Positions 1 to 12,864 of a stretch of 64,000 bases of DNA are shown one piece after another. Under the pieces are notes generated by a model. The model was not told the origin of the DNA, did not search any database, and saw nothing but the letters and a program-made list of their open reading frames with translations. Every line of letters starts with the position of its first letter. The first letter of the stretch is position 1. Source of the stretch: Eledone cirrhosa (taxonomy: Eukaryota); the NCBI GenBank assembly GCA_964016885.1, contig OZ024748.1, forward strand, positions 2,666,001 to 2,730,000, given 5' to 3'. Made by a program: the position numbers and the translations under genes.

Positions 1-227
1 TATATATATATGTATATATGTATATATAAATGTATATATATATATGTGTATATATATATATGTGTATATATCTATATATATGTATGTATATATATATATA
101 TATGTGTATATATCTATATATATATATATATGTATATATATATGTGTATATATCTCTCTCTATATGTATGTATGTATATATGTGTGTGTGTATATATATA
201 TATATATGTATGTATACATATGTATAT
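1..227. repeat. (TA)n/(TG)n compound microsatellite
   Basis: Directly visible alternating TA/TG. It is representative of dozens of similar tracts in the window. Confidence 0.97.
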
Positions 228-418
228 TTGGAAGCCTGGTCTCTGAGTCAAGGGATTAAATGTTGGATCAGAGTGAAGGACGATGTTTGGGAAAGGTCAA
301 CGGTTTATTCACTGTTAGCAAGTGTGTGTGGCCAATGTCTGCTGCACTGCAAGTGAGGCGTGTTCATTCATTATTAATTAACTGACTCACTTCACTCTTT
401 ATTTTCCATTTATTCTTG

Positions 419-575
419 ACTAAAGGCGGTGAATCGTCGTATTTGTTCCGGCTTTCTGAACTCTGGGATCAAGTCCCACCCATGTCAACTTTACCTTTTA
501 TCATTTCGAGGTTGATAACAAAAAGTACCAGTTCAATATTGAGGTCGATTCTTCTTCTATATCTCTTTCTCATTT
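419..575 (+). mobile_element. Diverged SINE family 1 copy, long-tail variant
   Basis: gtcaactttaccttttatcatttcgaggttgataacaaaaagtaccagt matches the family 1 body seen at 4290-4340. Its tail matches 5565-5630 and 38885-38950. Confidence 0.75.
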
Positions 576-1655
576 CCTCTCTATCAATCTCCCCTTCTCT
601 GGAAGAAATGGATTCTTCCTCTCTATCAATCTCTCCTTCTCTGGAAGAAATCGATTCTTCCTCTCTATCAATCTCTCCTTCTCTGGAAGAAATCGATTCT
701 TCCTCTCTATCAATCTCCCCTTCTCTGGAAGAAATCGATTCTTCCTCTCTATCAATCTCCCCTTCTCTGGAAGAAATCGATTCTTCCTCTCTTTCAATCT
801 CTCCTACTCTGGAAGAAATGGATTCTTCCTCTCTATCAATCTCCCCTTCTCTGGAAGAAATGGATTCTTCCTCTCTATCAATCTCTCCTTCTCTGGAAGA
901 AATCGATTCTTCCTCTCTATCAATCTCTCCTTCTCTGGAAGAAATCGATTCTTCCTCTCTATCAATCTCCCCTTCTCTGGAAGAAATCGATTCTTCCTCT
1001 CTATCAATCTCCCCTTCTCTGGAAGAAATCGATTCTTCCTCTCTATCAATCTCTCCTTCTCTGGAAGAAATCGATTCTTCCTCTCTATCAATCTCTCCTT
1101 CTCTGGAAGAAATCGATTCTTCCTCTCTATCAATCTCTCCTTCTCTGGAAGAAATCGATTCTTCCTCTCTATCAATCTCTCCTTCTCTGGAAGAAATCGA
1201 TTCTTCCTCTCTATCAATCTCCCCTTCTCTGGAAGAAATCGATTCTTCCTCTCTTTCAATCTCTCCTACTCTGGAAGAAATGGATTCTTCCTCTCTATCA
1301 ATCTCCCCTTCTCTGGAAGAAATGGATTCTTCCTCTCTATCAATCTCTCCTTCTCTGGAAGAAATCGATTCTTCCTCTCTATCAATCTCCCCTTCTCTGG
1401 AAGAAATCGATTCTTCCTCTCTATCAATCTCCCCTTCTCTGGAAGAAATCGATTCTTCCTCTCTATCAATCTCTCCTTCTCTGGAAGAAATCGATTCTTC
1501 CTCTCTATCAATCTCCCCTTCTCTGGAAGAAATCGATTCTTCCTCTCTATCAATCTCTCCTTCTCTGGAAGAAATCGATTCTTCCTCTCTATCAATCTCT
1601 CCTTCTCTGGAAGAAATCGATTCTTCCTCTCTATCAATTCTTCCTCTCTATCAAT
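572..1655 (+). repeat. 42-bp minisatellite, about 25 copies
   Basis: Unit gattcttcctctctatcaatctc(t/c)ccttctctggaagaaat(c/g). It produces the spurious EEIDSSSLSISPSL ORF. Confidence 0.97.
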
Positions 1656-1833
1656 TTTAAAGCAACCCTCACACCTGCTGTATATTATTACTCTATTGGG
1701 AGTTACGGGTTCACCTGTTCATATACTCCAGGTAACTTAACTAATCCCTTCGTAGGGATTAGAAAGAAGAATTAAACAAATTATTTCAGACTGGGTCTCT
1801 TACAAATACAGGGCATTATTGAATGTTATTGAA

Positions 1834-1914
<81 letters not shown>

Positions 1915-2661
1915 TTGGGACACTCTGTATATGCATAGAACAAAATCTAATACCATTTCACAGACATTAGTGTCTTGCATGACGGAGTTTACTTGTCTCT
2001 CTCTTTCTAAAGACTCTCCCCCTCTCTCTCTTTCTTCTAAAGACTCTCTCTCTCTCTCTCTCTCTCTCTAAAGACTCTATCTCTTTCTCTTTCATCTCTC
2101 TCTCTCTCTCTTTAATGTCTTTCTCTCTCTCTAATATCTTTCTCTCTAATGTCTCTCTCTCTCTCTAATATCTCTCTCTCATCTCTCTATTATCTTTCTC
2201 TCTCCCTCTCCCTATCTCTCCCCACGCCTCTCTACTGTCTCTCTAGATATTCATAGTTAGTTAGAGCTCGGCACAGAGCCAAGATGGCGGCCATACTACT
2301 ATCGCCATATTGCTCAAACAAGCGACATCAAACTTGTAGTTTTTGCCGTAACATTTATGTTGAGAAAAACAAAGAGATAACCATGATTAGGGACTATAAC
2401 GACTTCATCAATTGGCACGGGACCACAGACATGTGGGAGAAGAACACAGGCAACTGAATCCACCACATGACTGGCACCTATATTGGTATATGGCTTATGT
2501 CTTGTTTTTTGGGGGAAGGTTTTGGTGAGGGGTTGTTTTACCAAATAACGAAAAGCGAAGTCAACCCATGACACCACAACTCATGACTTTGAGTGGAGAA
2601 ACTAAATAGGACTAAGTAAGGGTTTCTGATTGAGATACAAGGCCAACGAATTGTGTGGGGG

Positions 2662-2796
2662 AACATAGTATAAGATAGGGTATAGGGGATGATAACTATA
2701 ACATAGTATAAGATAGGGTATAGGGGATGATAACTATAACATAGTATAAGATAGGGTATAGGGGATGATAACTATAACATAGTATAAGATAGGGTG
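2662..2796 (+). repeat. 38-bp tandem repeat, about 3.5 copies
   Basis: aacatagtataagatagggtataggggatgataactat starts at 2662, 2700, 2738 and 2776. Confidence 0.93.
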
Positions 2797-3228
2797 AAAC
2801 CAGACACTGCAATACGGTAATTTGAATGACGGAATAAGACATGACCAGAAGTTTGAGTGATGAAACGAGACTAGAAACGAGTCACTCACACACACACACA
2901 CTCACATAATCTCACACACACACACGCCGTCACAGACATACTTTTACACATACGCTTACACACGCACACGCTCACACACACACATACACGCGCGCGCCCT
3001 CACAGACGTACTCTTACACACGTTTACGCACGCACACGCTCACACACACACACACGCTTACACACGCACACTCACACACACCCTCAAACACACGTTTACT
3101 CACACACACACACACTCTCTCACACGCACCCAAACACATATATATAAAAACGTGTGTATGTGTGTGTACATCGAAAGAAAATAGATTGTATTATGTAAAA
3201 AAAAAATCATACATACACACGCACACGC

Positions 3229-3273
<45 letters not shown>

Positions 3274-3393
3274 AACGTGTGTGTGAGAGTCTTCTTTGTA
3301 AATATTTATATGAATTCATAATTAAACTAAATCGTGAACAATAACAATACTAACAGCAAAACTCTGTTAGGTTTGTGATTATCTTTTTATTGA

Positions 3394-3437
<44 letters not shown>

Positions 3438-3481
3438 TGTGTGTATATATATACGTGTGTGTATATATATACGTGTGTATA

Positions 3482-3557
<76 letters not shown>

Positions 3558-4079
3558 TGTTTGCATGCATATATATATATATATATATATAATGTGTGTA
3601 CGCACACACGTATACGTATACACGCACACAATACACGCGAAATGAATTATTAAAAAATATATTAGAAAATTAATTAGCAATCGGTTTAATTTCACTGCTT
3701 TTCCCGGTATTTAAACATCCGGTTATTTGTTGGCCGCCATTCGACTTAATATTGAAATATCCTGGTCGTTCTTTTCATGGCTGTAGGTTTAAATATCCGG
3801 AGTTGTGTCGCACACAACTACACAGTTCCAGAAGGGCATTGTGGGATAGGGATGTTCCACAATGCTTCAGCAGACACGAGGAAACGTTGAACCGTTTCAA
3901 TAGTTAAATAACATCTATACCAACGAACGAAGCGTGGGTCCTCTACATAGTTGATTGACCTTTCAGAAATAGTAGCCAAATGTCTTCTTAATCAGGCCAT
4001 ACTCTCTCAAAAAATGGTATAGAAATTTTAGCAACTGTAGTCCAAGGGCATCAGATACGTCGCAATTAATTTTTTTTTT

Positions 4080-4205
4080 CGGCTGAGTGAACTGGAGCAA
4101 CGTGCAAATAATGCATCACTCGGTCCAGGAATCGAACTCACAACCACATTTGCGATTTGAACTCAGAATGTAGAAAGACGGAACGAACACCGCAAATCAT
4201 TCTAC
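4080..4205 (-). mobile_element. Fragments of SINE families 2 and 1, minus strand
   Basis: ctgagtgaactggagcaacgtg...ggaatcgaactc and atttgaactcagaa are reverse complements of the SINE heads and bodies found elsewhere in the window. Confidence 0.7.
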
Positions 4206-4206
4206 C

Positions 4207-4665
4207 GGTGGATTGGCAGTATCGGAGTTGGACGCCATGCTTTGCAGCACAGAGTTACGGCCCTTTATGGACTGAGTTCAAATCCCGCCGAGGTTAACTT
4301 CGCCTTTCATCCTAACGGGGTCGATAAATAAAGTACCAGTAACGCACTGGGGTAATTGCTGGCCTTGTGCCAGTGATACACTGGGGCCAATTTAATCGAC
4401 TTTCACCTCAGCCAGAATTGTTGGTCTTGTGCTTAAATCAGAAACCATTATTATTTAGTCAAAGGGTTGGATTGGCAGTATCGATAGAGGGCCGGACGCC
4501 ATGCTTTGATTGGCTGTATCGGTAGAGGGTTACAGCCCTTTATGGTCTGAGTTCAAATCCTGCCGAGGTTAACTTTGCCTCTCATCCTTACGGGGTCGAT
4601 AAAATAAAGTAATACACTGGGATAATTGCTGGTCTTGTACAAAAAGCAGAAACCATTATTATTTA
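4207..4665 (+). mobile_element. Two tandem tRNA-derived SINE family 1 copies
   Basis: A-box-like tggcagtatcgg and B-box gagttcaaatcc, followed by ccgaggttaactttgcctttcatccttacggggtcgataaaataaagtaccagt and an aaaccattattatt tail. Confidence 0.88.
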
Positions 4666-5419
4666 GTCAAACAACTTTGTATTAGACACATCGTAGAGAT
4701 AAGCTCTTGTCGAACCAATTGCTATTACTAGTTGGTTGGTTATAGGATTCCAGTAGGTGGAATAAGTGTTACATTAATTCTATCGGTGCATTGTAGTACT
4801 TCATTTACTACGCTGATCTATATAACACCATTAACTGTTTAAATAGTATTTAGTTCAGTCGGTACTGGAGCTGCATTAACTGTTGCCATTTACTCCATCG
4901 CTATTCTCTGCATCTGTTGGTGCATTATTATTTAGTGCAGTTTATGATTTCATCAGTGTTCAGTCCAGTTTATTGCTTCGACAATATTCAGTGCAGTTAG
5001 TGGCTGCTCTGATATCCAACACAGAGCAATATATTTATATATCCTTCAATACAGAATACTGAATCACCAAAGAGAGGAAAGAAGCCGAACTTCTATGTCG
5101 GACCAAGGAAACTATGATGCTTTCATTGGTCTCTCCTTTGTTGATTCTATCTGTAGTTTGTAACTCCTTGTTAAAGCATCTAGGTGGTAATTTAACGAGG
5201 AGGCGGGGTGGAGTGGGGTGACGTGGGGTGGGATCTGCGTTTGGTTGTTGATCTAACAACTGAATGGAACTCGTCGAAACCGACGGAGTGTCAATTATCC
5301 TAGGTACACGTCTCCTACTCTTTCTCATGGCAGTAAGTTGCGATTTAAGGGAGATTTGGCTGCTATTTCTAGCAGGCCGGGCGTCTGCATTGAATCTATT
5401 TAGCTGGCGTACTTCCTAT

Positions 5420-5710
5420 CATAGGCAGAGTCGTTAGAACGTCTGATAGAATGCTTTGTGGTATTCGTTTCGGCTCTCTGCATTCTGAGTTCAAATTCCC
5501 ACCGAGGTCAATTCAGCCTTTCATCCATTCGAAGTCGATAAAAAAATACCAGTCAAGTACTGGGGTCGAGTTTTCCCCTATATCTCTTTCTCACTTCGTT
5601 TCAGTCACTCTCTCGCCTTCTCTGGAAGAAATCTACTGTATTCAGTCCTGAAGAGAGGAGATGGGCTCAGCCAGGTTTTATAAAATACCGTATGTCAATA
5701 TGGCGTCCCT
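5420..5710 (+). mobile_element. SINE family 1, long-tail variant
   Basis: B-box gagttcaaattcc. The tail cttctctggaagaaat...gaggagatg...cgtatgtcaata is shared with 38755-39022. Confidence 0.8.
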
Positions 5711-6017
5711 ACGATTCCCTTAGGGGTTACGAGACTAAAAAGAAATGAAAAAAAAAGAGAGAACCCTCCTATTATATGCCTTTCCTTCGTTTTTATGTCC
5801 ATCTTTCATGAAGTCTAGGGTTTCTCCTTCTTCTGAAGGAAATCTCGATCGTTGTATTTGAAAGATAACAGTGCCGTGTAAGTATAGACAAGACTGAGAC
5901 AAATCCACACATTACTGTGTCTCCTACAATTTTCTTCAAAAATCTCATTATTCATCTGGTAACTGGTTACTTCTAGTATTTTTCCGTTTCCATCACCATA
6001 CTTGTTAGCCTTGACAG

Positions 6018-6060
<43 letters not shown>

Positions 6061-6349
6061 AAGAGTGAAGAATAACATGATCAACAGTACAAAAAGGATA
6101 TATATATATATATTTTGTTATTTTCCCTATTTTTATATCTTTAAGATTTCCATAAATCTTTCATCTCTCCTTTCAACTTTTCTCCACCATCTTCCAATCA
6201 AATTCTTTCTTTTCGCAGCTCCTTAAACACTCTTATCTGTCAAGATCCAATAAAAACCCAGTTGACAATCCACACTAAATATTTGGAAGACAGGATTAGA
6301 TTCAACTATGTACATAAAAAAATCTACATAATACTGTATTCTTCTTAAA

Positions 6350-6490
6350 GCGGTTGATTTGGCAGAGACGTTCGAGGGTTTCGGGCACTTGTTTCGGGTG
6401 TTGGCGTTCTAAGTTCAACCCACGTCGAAATCCACACTGCCCTTCATCCTTTCGGAGTTGATAAATAAAGTAGTCCAATGTTGGTGCAGC
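6350..6490 (+). mobile_element. Diverged SINE family 1
   Basis: ttggcagagacgtt...aagttcaaccc...gcccttcatcctttcggagttgataaataaagta. Confidence 0.7.
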
Positions 6491-6943
6491 CCTCTCTTCT
6501 TTCAAATGTCATATCTTTAATATTCCGCTGAACCAAGGGAGGACCGAGGGGTTGTCCTAAAACTCTTAACAAATGTCATATTCGATTGTACTAGTAGACG
6601 TATTAGTAGTGGTGGTGGTCTATAACTTAACTCTACAATGTGTACAACCTTAATACCCTAGCCTAACACTACAAAGTGTACAACTTTCTTCTAAATACCC
6701 TAACCTCACTATACAATGTGTACAACCATCTCTCAATTATGTGCCTCATTCTCCTAATTAAGAAACTTTCAACTTACAATTTTAATTTGCTAATCTAACA
6801 AACCTAGTTTCCAACACTTTTTTTACACAAAAAAAAAAAAATTATTCCTGCATTTTCCACTACACTGACCACAGCAAACCACGTCAAATCAAGTGACAGG
6901 TCATAACATCATACGACCCTTTCTATCACTTTAGATATTTTAT

Positions 6944-7107
6944 AAATTCTCTTCTGATAGTTGCTTCCTTGGCACATCTCGCCTACAGAATTCGCTCCAG
7001 CTTCTTGCTTTCCTGACTTCTATAATTTGCAAAAATTCAAAAGCTGCATTAATTCCCTCCTTTTGAATTATGCCTTGTCTTTTTACCTTCTCTGTAGCCC
7101 CTTGCAC
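6944..7107 (+). mobile_element. 3' end of a CR1/L2/Jockey-type LINE (ORF2 C-terminus remnant)
   Basis: Translates, with a frameshift, to TSRLQNS..PASCFPDFYNLQKFKSCIN, resembling the SFFPRTSRLWNSLP..FP..YNL..FK..VN LINE C-terminal motif. Ends at a TA run. Confidence 0.75.
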
Positions 7108-7130
7108 TATATATATATATATAATATATA

Positions 7131-7179
7131 TAAACATTCGTTGTACTGCCTCTCTGTTTTGTTCCTGTTCAAATTTTCC

Positions 7180-7183
<4 letters not shown>
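7131..7183 (+). mobile_element. 3' tail of PLE-derived family D
   Basis: taaacattcgttgtactgcctctctgttttgttcctgttcaaattt is the near-exact reverse complement of 47901-47954. Embedded in TA. Confidence 0.8.
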
Positions 7184-7252
<69 letters not shown>

Positions 7253-7334
7253 TGCAAGGGGCTACAGAGAAGGTGAAAAGACATATATATATATATGTAT
7301 ATATAGTACACACACATACGCGCACACACACACA

Positions 7335-7484
7335 CATATATATTTATATATAAATCAGGATGGATTCAGTTTGAAACAAGTTAGATCATTACTCAATAGA
7401 GTACTTGATACTAGGGGTAGTAGTGTATATTATAAAGAATCAGGACCCATACGGCTGAGCTCTTGCCGTTTGGGCCCCGACACT

Positions 7485-7490
<6 letters not shown>
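7335..7490 (-). mobile_element. Diverged PLE-derived family A fragment
   Basis: agagtacttgatactaggggtag...caggacccatacggctgagctcttgccgttt matches the family A left arms at 52770-52850. Confidence 0.7.
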
Positions 7491-7553
<63 letters not shown>

Positions 7554-8099
7554 CTCCAATTACACGATTTAAATTGTATATTCGAAAACGTAAAAAATGT
7601 CCTACTCTCAAAGTCTAAGAATTGGTTTACCGTATCACGTTATCAACTTAACGTCATCCGTACGTTTTGTTTTTTTATGAGTTTTGCTAACGAATGGATT
7701 ACATGTGTGTTTTCTTCTTACCCGATGTCCAAGGTAGGAAAAGCATGGCGTCCGACCCTCTACCGATACTACCAATCCACCGCCTAATGTACATATATAA
7801 TGGTACTGTATCTTTTTCTTCATTATGTCGTTCCCTTATTATTTCCCCCCTCTTGATCCGGCACACCTACAGCCAAAGGTGTTCCCGTCGTGACCATCCA
7901 ATCTTATCTTTAGGCACCCCTTTATTTTAAAGACAGTTCGATGTTGATTTGACTACTATTTATAACAAGTTGAGCGATCGCGTAAAAGCGATATTTGTAT
8001 GATCTTATCTAGTGCTTTACTAACCAACACGAGTTTAGTTTGGAAGAGAAAGCCCCACTTCCCAATTTAATCACCCCAAGAAAAACAATAAAGCCATTA

Positions 8100-8278
8100 A
8101 AATACAAGGGTTTACCGAAGAGGGAAAGGACGAGACAGAAACAAAATAATTCAATGAGAGAGATAACGATTGATGTTACTTTTGAATTTTTGCAAATTTT
8201 AGTGGTCAGGAAAGCAAGAAGCCGGAAGAGAATTCCATAGGCGAGATGAGTGAGGGAAGAAACTATCAGAATTTAATT
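8100..8278 (-). mobile_element. 3' end of a CR1/L2/Jockey-type LINE, second copy, inverted
   Basis: Minus strand reads SDSFFPHSSRLWNSLPASCFPDH*NLQKFKSNIN. Homologous to 6944-7107. Confidence 0.8.
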
Positions 8279-8293
8279 TATGGTTACATTTAA

Positions 8294-8503
8294 CCCTTTA
8301 GCATTTGCATTACTCTATATTTACTATAGTATTGTCGTGGCTTTACCTCAGATAATTATCTCACATAATATCGCATCTATGAGATTTTGATATTATTTAT
8401 TTTGAGAACAATACCTTAATGTTGAGCATCCAGTTATGGCAGGTTTGAACAGAAGGATGTGAGAGAATTCTGGCCGGATACGGCCGGTTTAAATGCTAAA
8501 GGG
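8294..8503. mobile_element. piggyBac-type MITE
   Basis: TTAA|ccctttagcattt ... aaatgctaaaggg|TTAA: a 13-bp TIR starting CCC, with a TTAA target duplication. Confidence 0.85.
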
Positions 8504-8930
8504 TTAAGTAACTTCTACTATCAGATGAGTCCAAGCTGCAAATCTGGTACTCCGTTTAAACTCTTAAACTTATGACAATGAGTGGCGGGAAACTCTCTCT
8601 CTATTGTATTATACAATATATGAAATCGAGGAAACATGGAAGTAACTGTGTGGTTGCTTAATCTGTTAGAAATAGCAGCAAAATTCTTTTCAATTCCATT
8701 TTTTATAAAAGGCTTTGAAAGCTGAGAATTAACTACCTTTTATATACCTTGGGGTGAACAATAAGGTTTGCCGTTGAATAATTTTGTTTTATTTGTAAAT
8801 ATTCCCATGGTTGTGTAACAACTTTTCTCATTTGTTTGGTGAAACAGATCTCCAAGAGTTTTGAACAGGTCTTTGAGCTATATTGTAAATATAAACATGC
8901 ATCTATACAACACAGGATAAACAAAATAAA

Positions 8931-9161
8931 GGAATAAGGCTCGCCCCTTATCTCCCTTTGTTGTGGAACTCTTCTTTTGTCATAAATGAGTCTCGAACAC
9001 TTTTTGTTTTTCTTAAGAATTTATTTCTGAAGCAATGACAAAAGAAGTTCTCAGCGCGTCTGTGTCCATGAGTAAGCCATTTGTAAAGTGACGAAAGCGC
9101 TTTGACGTCTAGCAAAGAAGAGTTCCACAACAAAAGGAGATAAGGGGCGAGCCTGTATTCC
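8931..9161. repeat. Fold-back/MITE-like element with ~45-bp inverted ends
   Basis: aggctcgccccttatctccctttgttgtggaactcttcttt pairs with aaagaagagttccacaacaaaaggagataaggggcgagcct. Confidence 0.8.
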
Positions 9162-9352
9162 TCTACAAAAAAATAAAAATTTCAACTCTAAGCAAGCATG
9201 CACAAATACAATAGGAAGGCTCCCGTCAATCATGACCGACTATGTGTTCGCACATAGAATGTTCCTCTTCGAGACACAAGCTTCCTTCTTCACGACATCG
9301 ATTGTCAAAGGCTGATACAGCTTGGTATCAGTGGCAGTGACATCGCAATCCA

Positions 9353-9396
<44 letters not shown>

Positions 9397-9569
9397 CATT
9401 TTGTGATAAAATCCCACTATAGTCAACATTTCTTTTCGTACTTAAAGAGTCGATCAAATAAAGCGCCTGTGAAGTAATGTGAAGTAGTAAGCTCGATTTA
9501 ATCGATTTTTCCCTCTCCTCCCACAAATTTCTGGCCTTATGCCTATATTAGAAGGCCTCACTCTTTCAC

Positions 9570-9955
9570 GAATGACCATGGTTTTGCACCTAGAAAGTTT
9601 CCATCCGAGGTAGAAGCCTGGGCAAGATTTGTTTTGTGTAAGACCATCAGTTGTCCATACATACCAGTCTCTCCTCTCCACGACATCGATGTTGTCCAAG
9701 GGAAAGGCAATGGCTGATACAGCTTGGCACCAGTGATGTCGCAACATTAATATACACTATATATATACACCATATATACACTATATTCGATGTTGTCCAA
9801 GGGAAAGGCAAAGTTCAATACAGCTTGGCACCTGTCACGTCGCAACTCATTTCTAAAGCTGAATAAACTGGACACAACGCATCACCTGGTCCGAGAATCG
9901 AACTCACAATCTCACGATTGCAAGCCCAATGCTGTAACCACTAAGCCATGCGCCT
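9570..9955 (-). mobile_element. SINE family 2 with partly duplicated tail (related fragment at 9228-9350)
   Basis: Reverse-complement tRNA-like head (gaatcgaactcacaatctcacgattg...accactaagccatgcgcc). The segment tcgatgttgtccaagggaaaggcaa occurs twice. Confidence 0.72.
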
Positions 9956-10069
9956 ATATTAGCATCAATAATTATTGATCTCACCCCTAAACTCATTGCG
10001 AATCTGTTTCTTGATTTAATGGCCCCCTCCCCCTATTTTGTCCCTAACTTTTTGGACCTTTATGGTGTG

Positions 10070-10920
10070 GGGCAGTGGATTGGCAGATTCCTTCAAGTGT
10101 CGGACAAATGGATAGCAGTATTTTTCCGGCTTTTTACCTTCTGAGTTCAAGCTCAACTTTTTTTCTTTCCTATTTTATCCGTAACATCATGGGCCCTTGT
10201 GGCCTATAAAAGCTAACTTTATTACTATTGGTAGTATCGGTAGAGGGTCGGACGCCATGCTTTGCAGCAAAGAGTTACGGCCCTTTATGGTCTGAGTTCA
10301 AATCCCGCCGAGGTTAACTTTACCTTTCATCCTTACGGGGTCGATAAAATAAAGTACCAGTAATACACTGGGATAATTGCTGGCCTTGTGCCAAAAGTAG
10401 AAAAAATTATTACTATTGGTGTAAAGAGGGCGGTGGATTGGCAGAATCGGGAGAGCGTCGCACAACATGGTTTGCGCCATACTTATGTCTCTTTACGTTT
10501 TGAGCTCAAATCCCGTCGAGGTTAGCTTTGTCTTTCATTATTACGGGTACCAGTAATGCACTGGGATAATTGTACCAGTAATGCACTGGGATAATTGCTG
10601 GCCTTGTGCCAATAGTGGAAACAATTATTACGGGGTCGATAAAATAAAGTACCAGTAACACATGGGGATCGATTTAATCGAATTTTCCATCCCTTCAAAT
10701 TAACGTCCTTGGGCCTAAATTAGAAGCCATTATTATTGTTGGTGTCAGGGTGGTGGAGAGGCAGTAACGGTAGAGCATCGGACATGGGTTTCATTATGAA
10801 TTCAACTCCCACCGGGGTTAGATTTGCCTCTCATCCTTACAGGGTCGATGAAATAAAGTACCAGTGAGGCATTGGGATCGACGCTGATCTTGTGCCAAAA
10901 GTAGAAACAATTATTGCTAT
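10070..10920 (+). mobile_element. Head-to-tail cluster of about 4-5 SINE family 1 copies
   Basis: B-box or body motifs near 10140, 10293, 10500, 10630 and 10800. Confidence 0.85.
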
Positions 10921-11019
10921 TGCTTTGTCAAAACCCACGGTCAGTGACTAGATGCCGTATTAGGTTGGGTAAGAATTTTATTCTAGTATGAGTGTATGTC
11001 CATGAAACATATACATGTA

Positions 11020-11350
11020 CACCAGGTCCGACCACAAAGGAACGAAACTCCCTCATAACCGCCTCCGTCTCTCCCGATATCCTCATCTCTCACTAGTATA
11101 AGCAAATGGGGGCCTACGCGCTGGTTTCCTCGCGGCCGCGCGGCCCCGACGGACAAAATAGAGTAGGCGTTTCCTCGGTGATGGTGAGGGGAGACGCGCT
11201 GGAATAGCCATTCAAACTCGCGAAGCTCACACCTGCTGCGTGTAGCCAACTCTGTGCCAATGGTGGTGAGTAGGAAGTTGGTTCTAGGACCAAGGATACC
11301 AGAAGTCTCCACTGCTACGGGCTCGACCGCAAACCTGTCGGAGGGCGACC
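11020..11350 (-). mobile_element. CRE-clade-like non-LTR retrotransposon 3' remnant (restriction-like endonuclease tail)
   Basis: AVETSGILGPRTNFLLTTIGTELA...REFEWLFQRVS...RGNAYSIL resembles the CRE/MoTeR C-terminal ET.G..G...QR.S....RGNA motif. Paralogue at 40857. Confidence 0.75.
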
Positions 11351-12029
11351 GATATTGGGAGAGTTTACCTTCCCAGCCCGAAGTATTTTTTCACAGTATT
11401 CTAATATTTAGTTGTGCTCTTTTAGAATCAGAGTTCACATCCTTTTGGGGAAAGGGTCATTTTTGCCTTTCATCCTTTCGATAATAATAAAATAAAGTAC
11501 CATGTGACTCTCCACACCTGCCCACCTCCTTCCATAATTAATGGTCTTGTACCTAACTTAGAAATCTTCATCTTTATTAATGTGCACGTCTAACACCATT
11601 ACCCTCCCTCCCCCCGCCGCATCTCTCACCAAACATATCTAACTACCAAAGTATTCGCTGCCTCTGTTTTTATACCGTATCTTTGCTTCATTGATCACTG
11701 GTATGTCTTCTCTGCTTTACTGGTTTATTGGAAATTACTGGAGCTAGGAAATCCAATTTTTTTTTTATTTATGAAAAAGAAGAAATAGAGAAAAAAAAGA
11801 ACTTTCTTTTCCGATTCATATTTTTTTCGGTGTGTTTTTTGTTGTTTTTTTTTAGTAAATAATTCGGATACATTGTGGAGAAAGTTGTACGAAAAACAAT
11901 ATTAGTTCCGGGAAAAACGAAATGTCTTGAAAATAACAAACAAACAAAAACACAACTAGAACCAAACAAAGAACAATCGGTAACAATTTTGTTGTTAGGT
12001 ATAGTGATAGAGAGGCTGACGAAGACAAC

Positions 12030-12770
12030 AACGATGACGATGATGATGATGGTGGTGGTGGTGGTGGTGGTGGTGGTGATGGTGTTGGTGGTGGTGGTGG
12101 TGGTGGTGGTGGTGGTGGTGATGATGGTGGTGGTGATGGTGGTGGTGGTGGTGGTGGTGGTGATGGTGGTGGTAGTAGTGGTGGTGTTAGTGGTGGTGAT
12201 GGTGGTGGTGGTGGCGGTGATGGTGGTAGTGGTGGTGGTGGTGATGGGTGGTGGTGGTGATGGTGGTAGTGGTGGGGATAGTGATGGTGGTGGTGATGGT
12301 GGTAGTGGTGGGGATAGTGATGGTGGTAGTGATGGTGGTAGTGGTGATGGTGATGGTGATGGTGGTAGTGGTGGGGATAGTGATGGTGGTAGTGATGGTG
12401 GTAGTGGTGATGGTGATGGTGATGGTGGTAGTGGTGGTGATGGTGGTGGTTGTGGTGATGATAATGATGGTAGTGGTGGTATTGATTATGGTAATGATGG
12501 TGATGATGATGATGGTGAATTATGGTGATGATGATGGTGACGATGATGGTGATGATGTTTGTGGTGGGGGAGTTTGTGGCTGTGATGATGGTGGTGGTAG
12601 TGGTGATGATATTGATGATGATGATGATGGTGATGATGATGGTAGTGGTGGTGATATTGATGGTGGTGGTAGTGGTGATGATATTGATGATGATGATGAT
12701 GGTGATGATGATGGTAGTGGTGGTGTGATTGATGGTGATGATGGTGATGGTGACGATAATGGCGAATTGA
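12030..12770. repeat. (GGT/GAT)n trinucleotide low-complexity tract
   Basis: Directly visible. Source of the poly-V/G/D/H ORFs. Confidence 0.95.
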
Positions 12771-12864
12771 GTATCGGTCGTGCTGAAAATTGGTGGCGGT
12801 AACCGATAACAACGAAACTAGTGGAGAAGAAATACAACAACAACAACAACAACAAAAATAATAA

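Noticed and set aside
572-1655. CRISPR-like array
   Set aside because: Units are contiguous with no unique spacers, there are no cas genes, and the context is eukaryotic.
416-1660. 414-aa Ser/Glu-rich ORF
   Set aside because: It has a TTG start, its N-terminus is SINE sequence and the rest is a 42-bp minisatellite. No evidence of a gene.
4207-4300. tRNA genes suggested by A/B boxes (GTTCAAATCC)
   Set aside because: No cloverleaf is evident, and each is followed by the same SINE body, so these are SINE heads.
5830-5890. Hammerhead-like ctgaagg...tttgaaa
   Set aside because: The core is mismatched and there is no convincing stem I or III.
11875-12855. Poly-Val/Gly/Asp/His ORFs
   Set aside because: Trinucleotide low-complexity DNA, open in several frames on both strands.
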